A DNA stretch of 25,080 nt from Craspedostauros australis (lineage: Eukaryota): positions 62,001-87,080 of the forward strand of contig JALAGF010005569.1 in NCBI GenBank assembly GCA_030167865.1, given 5' to 3'. Under the pieces are notes generated by a model that saw only the letters and a list, made by a program, of their open reading frames with translations, was not told where the DNA came from and made no database searches. The position numbers were made by a program, and so were the translations under genes. Each line of letters begins with the position of its first letter. Position 1 is the first letter of the stretch. Below are positions 1 through 6,825 of this stretch, piece by piece.

Positions 1-91
1 AACAACATGACACGCACCCAACGCGCGCAAATGGCCAGAGCAGGCCACAGAATGAACACGCACAGCTACTGAAACCACAATAATCAAGATC

Positions 92-115
92 ACGACGACG
101 ACGACGATGATGATG
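92..115 (+). repeat. (ACG)n/(ATG)n trinucleotide microsatellite running into the start codon
   Basis: acgacgacgacgacgatgatgatg read directly from the sequence. Confidence 0.8.
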
Positions 116-1744
116 CCATCCAAGTGTGATGTTGCTGGGATCCTTCTGCTTGCCTTTGCCCATGGCTTTCCAGTGCATGCATTCCATTCATCTGCCAACC
201 ATGATGCGATCACACACATGGGAAAGATAGCTGATAATGAACCCAACTATCATCTGAACGGGCACACACGCATGCCTTGCCTGCATCAACAGCGACCATT
301 TGCAACGGCAGGATCCACCGTTGTCCGAGCTTCGCCGTTGGATAGTGACGCGGACGATGGAAGTGACGACTCGGCCATGGATGAAGAAGAACGCATGCGC
401 AAGGTCCGTGAATTGCAAAAGATCTTCTACTCGTCCGGAAGTGACGGCGAGACGCCCGACGATGGATCGGGATCCGCATCAGATTCAGACAGCGATGCCA
501 ACAGCAGTGCATTCCCGCGCAACTTTGATCCCACCACCGGCAGGATCGAGAATGTCCCACTGTGGAGAGTCGGTTGGACTGAGGTGCCGGGACGTACCAA
601 CGTCTTGAACGTCCACGAGGGGCATTACACCAACATGTTCGAGACCATCTTCGCTCGGCCGCAGCCTTGGTACTTTGGCCATCTGCACTTGCCGGGTGGC
701 TCCAAATCTCTCACCAACGCAAACGAGCAACGATTCAAGCTCAAATCGTGGCGGGAGGAGATCCAGGACACCACGCGCTTCGACAGCACGAAGCAGCGCG
801 ATCGATCGTCGGTGGTGGGTGTGCTGATGCGAGCAACCGATTATCGTCGCATGACGGATGGTCGGCTCGTCATCTTGGTGCAAGCCACGGAGAGATTCGT
901 GGTCCAGGATGTTGTGGAGAGCTTTCCGTACGGATTGGCGACCGTGCAGATCTTGCCGGACAGGGAAGAGATGCTGTTGGCGGAAGCAGGCGACGGCGTT
1001 GCGTTGGATTTGCCTTCGACGTCGTCCGCACGATCCGAAGCTGCTGCAAAGCAAGCCAGAGCGCTCGCGGTTTGCAAGGCACTCGAACTTCATGGGTATG
1101 AATACGCCAACACGCAGCTGTCCAGCACGAAGGACAAAGATTACTTGTCTCAACAGGACGTCTCTGGCCAAGACATTGCCAAAGTGCTACCGTTCGCTGT
1201 CTACAATTGCACGAATCTGCAACTGCTGACTTCGACTGCACAGGCAGCGACAATGAGAGCACCGACCTCTGCTGAAGCTGCTGCTGCTGTGCTGTCTGAC
1301 GAAGACGACGGTTCGCTTTCACTTGAGCAACAGCTCCAAAGCGAACTCATCTTGCGAAATCCACCACCGCTATCCCGCATTCAACAGCAGGATGGGAAAT
1401 CCATAGTGGTTGCCACAGCGTCACCCAACGACGCACCGGCCAAATCCATGACACTGGACGAGCTCGAAGCGGCTGTCTGGGTCTCGTTGGATGGCTTTTG
1501 CCGTGCCGCCAACTTTCGATTGCCGGGAGAGATCAAATTCCTCCGCACGATGGACCCAGCATACCCGTCCATTCGAAGGCAGCAACGCTTGAGCTACGCT
1601 GTGCCTGCCATTTTGGAGAACATCAACATTGGTGCTGGGATGCGGAATATCTGGCTATGCACACCAAGTACGCACGCGCGGCTGGACGCTTTGTTGGAGC
1701 GTCTCGAGTTATTGAATGAAGCTGTTATGGGGGAGTATGAATGA
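107..1744 (+). CDS. Stand-alone Lon protease N-terminal (substrate-binding, PUA-like) domain protein, probably plastid-targeted
   Basis: 545-aa ORF. VPLWRVGWTEVPGRTNVLNVHEGHYTNMF resembles the Lon-N start (LPLFPL..VLFPG...L.IFEPRY..M). VGVLMRATDYRRMTDGRLVILVQATERFVVQDVVESFPYGLATVQILPD matches the Lon-N core, and the C-terminal STHARLDALLERL matches its helical end. No Walker A/B or Ser-Lys protease domain is present. A hydrophobic N-terminus followed by VHA-F resembles a diatom bipartite presequence. Confidence 0.8.
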   Translation: MMMPSKCDVAGILLLAFAHGFPVHAFHSSANHDAITHMGKIADNEPNYHLNGHTRMPCLHQQRPFATAGSTVVRASPLDSDADDGSDDSAMDEEERMRKVRELQKIFYSSGSDGETPDDGSGSASDSDSDANSSAFPRNFDPTTGRIENVPLWRVGWTEVPGRTNVLNVHEGHYTNMFETIFARPQPWYFGHLHLPGGSKSLTNANEQRFKLKSWREEIQDTTRFDSTKQRDRSSVVGVLMRATDYRRMTDGRLVILVQATERFVVQDVVESFPYGLATVQILPDREEMLLAEAGDGVALDLPSTSSARSEAAAKQARALAVCKALELHGYEYANTQLSSTKDKDYLSQQDVSGQDIAKVLPFAVYNCTNLQLLTSTAQAATMRAPTSAEAAAAVLSDEDDGSLSLEQQLQSELILRNPPPLSRIQQQDGKSIVVATASPNDAPAKSMTLDELEAAVWVSLDGFCRAANFRLPGEIKFLRTMDPAYPSIRRQQRLSYAVPAILENINIGAGMRNIWLCTPSTHARLDALLERLELLNEAVMGEYE

Positions 1745-2106
1745 ATCGGGTAGATGAATTGAGTGTTTGGGTGGAGCAAGGAGGAAATAGGAAGACATTG
1801 ACGAACTGGTGACTTGCACTACGAAGACACTTCTGGATTGAGCTGAGGGGATTCTCACATGGAAGGACCCTGAACAGCTGAACACTCGCTCCTGCGACAC
1901 CTTTCTACCATGCCATACTTGCACAACAGAGAAGAAGGACAAACCGAAACGTAAATGGAACTGATGAACAGCCATGAAGTGTTGTGAACCGTTATGATGC
2001 ATTCATATACAGATGTATGTGTGTGTAGTTGTGCTTAGGTTGGTCGTCCGAGACCTGTCCTTCCAGTTGCGCACGACGTGAATCTTCGAAATCATCTTCA
2101 TGCATT

Positions 2107-3456
2107 TCACTCCAGACCAATGCTCTCTCGGAACCATGAAGGAAACTTGGATGTTGGACGATCGCGTTTCGTGTTGTAGGCGACCAACGTCAGTTTGGCC
2201 TGCGCCAATCGGACCATCTCACCCTGATTTGCAGAATCGCCATTGTGCTTCTCACCATCACTTGTGCGATCGTCGTTCACTGTTGGTGATGCCACCTTGA
2301 AGATTGTGTGGTAAACATCGAACAGCATCCCGTGCTTTTGTGGTACCCAAGAAACAGTCGTCACGAGTTCATCGCCGGGATGGCACTGCGCAACTGTCCC
2401 ATCGTGATGCTGAAGCAACTGAGCTGCCTCGAACGATCCGATGAGGAAAATGATATCGTCTTCCCCCTTCAGCCGCTGCAGCGACGATGAATCGCCGAGC
2501 ATGTCGATTCTCGATCTATCCATGTGGCTCATGGCTGTTGTGAGTGGAAGCTGCGACGCGACGTGACCATCGAATTCATCTCGGTGGATCGTGGAGCATT
2601 TGACGCACTTGGGGACCACCTTGTGCGGACCTGGATTTGGGAGACAGCCAAGGTCCGAGCCTGGATATGCCGACGAGGGCCGGGCAAGCGTGACTTCCGC
2701 AGTGCTGTAGACGATGGAGCAATCGTTGGGGCAACGAATTGTCACCTCCCACACATCGTGAGGGGCCATGCTGCCGCCAATCACGTGCCCGTTTTCATTC
2801 GTATTGAGCGATCTGGAGTTGAACTCGGCATCACCCTCGCCCTCAAATTGGAATGCAAAATGAGAAGGGATCTGGGGCTCGACGTTTGTTTCATCCACGC
2901 GGCGCAGCAGCCGGCCTTCCACGATGTACTCGCCACCCAAACGAAGGGCGGTCTTGTACTGAAGGTTGGTCATTTTAACGATCGACCAATCGTCGTAGTC
3001 CACAACGCACTTTGTGTGTGCGAGAGATGATTGCGGCTTGTGCGCATGCATGGAAGACGACACAAAGGCCGGCGACATGGTGGAGTGGAGTGCTCTGCTG
3101 TACACCTTGACGTGGTTGACGTGCCACATCGTGTTGTACGAATCCACGTCCTCCATGTACGTGTGCCGTGGGTCTGAACGGAAGAAGGTCTTGTATTCGA
3201 GATCGACGTACGATGACACCTCGAGGATTTCATCGGCAGATGTTGTGGATGCGTACATGTTGGTGTCCATGCCGTGATGCTGGTTATGGGAATGTGCCTT
3301 GCTGCTTTGATGCAGTGCAGTGCTGGTCATTGCGAATCGGGGTGTGGAAACCGATGGGCCAAGATGAAAAGCATCTGCTGCTCGTGCAATGACGATGGTG
3401 ACAGCGAGGCAGACCCAGAGGGGTGCACACGGCATGACGGTGCTGGTCGGCGACAT
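2107..3456 (-). CDS. Tandem hotdog-fold acyl-CoA/acyl-ACP thioesterase-like protein (YbgC/4HBT-like), probably plastid-targeted
   Basis: Likely start is the ATG at 3456 (MSPTSTVMPCAPLWVCLAVTIVIARAADA-FHLG, signal peptide plus Phe; 449 aa); the ATG at 3435 is an alternative. TYMEDVDSYNTMWHVNHVKVYSRAL matches YbgC-type YYEDTDAGGVVYHANY...ERAR. A second degenerate copy (IHRDEFD...MDRSRIDMLG...LQRLKGEDDIIFLI) follows. The upstream 120 codons of the track ORF look non-coding. Confidence 0.7.
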   Translation of the reverse strand: MSPTSTVMPCAPLWVCLAVTIVIARAADAFHLGPSVSTPRFAMTSTALHQSSKAHSHNQHHGMDTNMYASTTSADEILEVSSYVDLEYKTFFRSDPRHTYMEDVDSYNTMWHVNHVKVYSRALHSTMSPAFVSSSMHAHKPQSSLAHTKCVVDYDDWSIVKMTNLQYKTALRLGGEYIVEGRLLRRVDETNVEPQIPSHFAFQFEGEGDAEFNSRSLNTNENGHVIGGSMAPHDVWEVTIRCPNDCSIVYSTAEVTLARPSSAYPGSDLGCLPNPGPHKVVPKCVKCSTIHRDEFDGHVASQLPLTTAMSHMDRSRIDMLGDSSSLQRLKGEDDIIFLIGSFEAAQLLQHHDGTVAQCHPGDELVTTVSWVPQKHGMLFDVYHTIFKVASPTVNDDRTSDGEKHNGDSANQGEMVRLAQAKLTLVAYNTKRDRPTSKFPSWFRESIGLE

Positions 3457-4483
3457 GGTTTTCCGACTCGTGGTCTTGTTGTTCTTGTCGTTGCGTTTGC
3501 TTTGGATTGAAATTAGTGTCGTATTGTGCTTGATGTTGGTGTGTCGTTTCAATTTGCTTCGCTGCATGGGTTTGTGTGTGCAAATTCGCAGATTGTTGGG
3601 CATGAATGAAAATAAGCGTAAGAGGATGATGCATTGTGTGAGATGGGGCGGGGTGAAGCGAGCTGTGCGGGACGTGGATACCTTACGCACCGCGCAAGTG
3701 CCACGCTCCAGTGCAATACTCGCACACGCGTGCTGCCCATCTTGCAATCGCTTCAGCAACGTGTGCAGTATCGTCGGCATCGCGATTGGCATCATCATCG
3801 TCAGCAACAGCAGCAACGCCTCAAATGTGGTCAGCTTGCTCGTACCTCCTTTTCACGAAAAGGCAGATGGATATGCGATGAGATATGATTGTGTGCTTCC
3901 GTGCTCTTTGCTTTCGACTGATCTGCACTCTCTGGCAACTTCTTGTGTATTGGAGGACTTACCGATGCTTATTATGGTTCAGACTGGTTGGCATCTGCAG
4001 CAGCTGATGGTGCGCGGTTTCGTTTTCTGTTGTGTGCCTCCGCTTGGCTTTCCGCCTCTGCCGATCATGGATCCTGTCTTCGGCAGTCAGTGCGATGAAA
4101 ATCCGCAAACAGAACGCTGTGCGGTTTTTCGAAACCTTCCATGACGGTTTGTTCTCCTTTGCTTGGCATCGGCGCAGCAGCTGCGGCAGAGCTATCGGAC
4201 ATCAGCCATCGGCTACAAACCATTGGTCGCCAGCCATCGGCCATCGGCCGTCACAAACCATTGCCCATCAGATGGAGTTCTCGTTTTGGATCCCTGTTTT
4301 TGTTCTTTTTGCCACATCGTTCGCATCCATCACATGCGACATGTTGCGTGGCGAAGACAGAAGGAACGAAGAACATCGGAATCAGAACGCAACGCGAGAG
4401 TATCGTCGGTGTTTGGTCGGTGTTGCTACGGAGTTGCGGTTAGATTACATTCTTTATTGTTTTGAAAACAAGACTCTTCTCGG

Positions 4484-4567
4484 TGGAATTCAGCCAGGGA
4501 CAGACTACCTTCAAACGTCTGATGTCTCACTTTGATGCTCGAAAATAGCATCACACGACATTCCGAC
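4484..4567. repeat. 84-bp dispersed direct repeat, copy 1
   Basis: Ungapped alignment to 6742-6825 has 6 mismatches, all transitions, and a 41-bp identical core (4516-4556). Confidence 0.95.
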
Positions 4568-4963
4568 TACGACTATCTGTGCGTCCTCATCCAGAGACAC
4601 CATGAATGGATTTGGTGTCGAGGCTCGGCAAAAAGGGTATCGGCACTTCGGGGATCCTCCCATCTTCCAAATCGATCGTGTTGTTGGAGCATCAACGCAC
4701 ATGTCGTCCGTTTCGATGAGATCTTGCACCAACTCGTACCCGCACCCGTACTCGTGCTTGCTCGTCAGCGTAACATGGTGGAGTGTCAATCCTTCGATTT
4801 AGAGAAAGTGATTTAGAGTAGTATAGTAGAATACGTGTGTTGTGGGTTGTATTCGTTCTAAGCAACGTATGTGCTGTATGTGCTGTATGTTATGTGCATT
4901 CCTCTGACGGACCCACCGGCACGTGCCGATGCCCATGTCCGTGCTCATGATTCGTACTCATGC

Positions 4964-6028
4964 TTAAGCCTTGTACACGGCCCTGCATGTAGGAAGCTGG
5001 AAGGTTGGCACGTCTCCTTGCATCTGCGGCACGCTCTGCATGATGAAGTTCTTGCTGTTGGCCAAGGTGGCAGAGTCCATCACGCTGTTCTTCTTCTTGA
5101 TCTGCATGCTGTTGCCGCCCGTGCGTGCCACGAAGTTGAACTTGCCGCCCGTGAGGCCCAACTGGGTCATTGGAATGCCAGAGTTGGAGAAGTCCAGCTC
5201 GGCTTCGTCCGCATCGAAAGCGAGCTTCATCTCGATCTTGTTGCCGGTACTGCCCGCACGCAAAGCCGCCTCGTCCTTGAAGGTGATCTCGCATGGTCCG
5301 TACATCAATCCGGTGTTGGCGTTGTTGCCGCTGTCGTAGTTGTACTGCATGTTGTCGTAGTTGTGGCGCAGGACGATGAAGCCAGAGAGGTTGGTTGGGA
5401 AGGTTCCGGTGCGTTCACGCATAGTCTCGATGAGCACACTGCCTGTCACATCATCGAACAGCCCGGTTCCGCCGATCACGGCCGCCTCGAAGGATGGAGG
5501 CAGCTCCCCGCCGACGCCTGGCGTGAAGTCGTACTGTCCGCCAGCCTGCATGACGACGGATCCAAGCGACGATCCGTCAGATGCGAAGAACTCGTCTGTG
5601 ATGGTGCATTGATGGGCGGCGATGTCGGTAGCAGGGACGGCTCCAGTTGCAGTGGTGATGCACACCTGGGAAGACGTTCCGTACACGGCGCCGGTTGGAG
5701 TGCTGGCTGCGGGATCGGTCAGCGTCGCTTCGTCACTGTCGACCATGTTGCCTGTGATGATGATCGAGGATCCCAGAGCGGAGGCGGCATCCGGTCCGCC
5801 AACGAAGGCGATCTGGGAGTCGGCAGCGATGTAGGTTTGCTGGGGGAGGGATCTGAGAAGCAGGGATCGGCTTCGTTGTGGGTTGTTGATGTTTTCGGCG
5901 TTGGCGTTGGTGGGAACGACACCGTTGGATCCCTTTCGGAGACTTCCTTCCTTGGCGAAGGCTGGCGTTGGCATAGCAGATGCCATGAGGAGGGCGGTGG
6001 CGACGACGGTGTTGATAGTGAACTTCAT
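4964..6028 (-). CDS. Secreted protein with dirigent/allene-oxide-cyclase-like beta-barrel domain(s)
   Basis: ATG at 6028 (MKFTINTVVATALLMASAMPTPAFA-KEG, signal peptide), 354 aa, intronless. The pattern LGSSIIITG...VYGTSSQVC...HQCTIT...LGSVVMQ...AAVIGGTGLFDDVTGSVLI matches the dirigent/AOC barrel signature (AV.GGTG.F....G). A second degenerate motif, LGLTGGKFNFVARTG, lies in the C-terminal half. Confidence 0.65.
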   Translation of the reverse strand: MKFTINTVVATALLMASAMPTPAFAKEGSLRKGSNGVVPTNANAENINNPQRSRSLLLRSLPQQTYIAADSQIAFVGGPDAASALGSSIIITGNMVDSDEATLTDPAASTPTGAVYGTSSQVCITTATGAVPATDIAAHQCTITDEFFASDGSSLGSVVMQAGGQYDFTPGVGGELPPSFEAAVIGGTGLFDDVTGSVLIETMRERTGTFPTNLSGFIVLRHNYDNMQYNYDSGNNANTGLMYGPCEITFKDEAALRAGSTGNKIEMKLAFDADEAELDFSNSGIPMTQLGLTGGKFNFVARTGGNSMQIKKKNSVMDSATLANSKNFIMQSVPQMQGDVPTFQLPTCRAVYKA

Positions 6029-6040
6029 GATTGGTGTTTT

Positions 6041-6096
6041 GTGGTTGTGTGGTTGTGTGGTTGTGTGGTTGTGTGGTTGTGTGGTTGTGTGGTTGT
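6041..6096. repeat. Perfect octamer tandem repeat (GTGGTTGT)7, read as (ACAACCAC)7 on the coding strand, in the 5' leader of the 4964-6028 gene
   Basis: Seven exact copies counted directly; the repeat ends 12 nt upstream of the ATG at 6028. Confidence 0.95.
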
Positions 6097-6741
6097 GTGC
6101 TGTTTGTGTTTGCGATTGTTGTTGCTTTGATCTTATGAGATGATGGGGGGAGGATGGGATGGTGGAATTTGCAAGTCCAAAATTGGAGTGAGGCGGAGAA
6201 CAAAATCCGTTGGTGCGAAACCACGCGATGCTATGCGATGCCATACCAAATCCAGCAGTACATCATCGCAGTGGCAAAGTGTGAGTGAACTGCAATGCGA
6301 GACTGCGCTCATCGCCACAGTTTTCATTGGCACGAGTATAGCATGGTATGATTTGGTACGGCATGCCATGATTGTATGCAGTTTTGTGGCGTTGTTGGAT
6401 TGCATTTGGAGGAACGACTGTTGTCGAATCACAATGATTCACAAACAGCCAAATCCGGTTTTTGTTGCCTTGTGCGATGTGATGATGCCATCATGTCACT
6501 CCGCTACTATGTTACCATGTTACCATGCAACTTACTCGACGAATACTCTGGAGCTCTATCGATGATTGGATCAAGATTACTTCATTGTAGCATGGTGAGG
6601 CCGTATTCGGACTCGATGCCATCCTCCTCTGTACAGGGCTGCCGATCAGGGTAGGAGGCTAGGAATTCGAGCTTCTCCAGTTTGACGATGTTGCGGGAGT
6701 GACTGTTTGTTTGTGAATCTCGTTTGCCGTTGACTGTCAGT

Positions 6742-6825
6742 TGGAGTTCAGCCAGGGACAGACTGCCTCCAAGCGTCTGATGTCTCACTTTGATGCTCGA
6801 AAATAGCATCACACAACATTCCAAC
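6742..6825. repeat. 84-bp dispersed direct repeat, copy 2
   Basis: 78/84 identical to 4484-4567, same orientation, offset 2258 bp. Confidence 0.95.

Noticed and set aside
3457..3816. N-terminal extensions in the ORF track for the thioesterase; likewise 6029-6244, 17551-17694, 19615-19656, 19821-20015 and 23265-23354
   Set aside because: Most begin at non-ATG codons and run through UTR-like or repeat sequence, and in most cases the downstream ATG places a signal peptide at the N-terminus.
4203..4264. Short imperfect repeats of CAGCCATCGG...ACAAACCATTG
   Set aside because: A local slippage duplication with only two irregular units; not CRISPR-like, and no function is inferable.
4519..4545. 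Hammerhead-ribozyme-like words CTGATG...CGAAA inside the 84-bp repeat
   Set aside because: The core reads CUGAUGU rather than CUGAnGA, and stems II and III and the UH cleavage site cannot be formed.
4484..4567. Box C/D snoRNA or tRNA reading of the repeat (minus-strand GTGATGC...CTGA; GCTCGAAA B-box-like word)
   Set aside because: Box C is imperfect, K-turn stem spacing is wrong, I recognise no rRNA complement, and there is no cloverleaf. Only an Rfam search could rescue this reading.
4511..4789. 92-aa minus-strand ORF overlapping repeat copy 1, and 6582-6824 overlapping copy 2
   Set aside because: The two copies are open in different frames, the substitutions are not confined to one codon position, and no domain is recognised. 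At most these are relics.
6238..6364. 15-bp imperfect inverted repeat ATGCCATACCAAATC / GATTTGGTACGGCAT (possible MITE ends)
   Set aside because: It is embedded in low-complexity ATGCn/ATACn pentamer sequence and has no target-site duplication.
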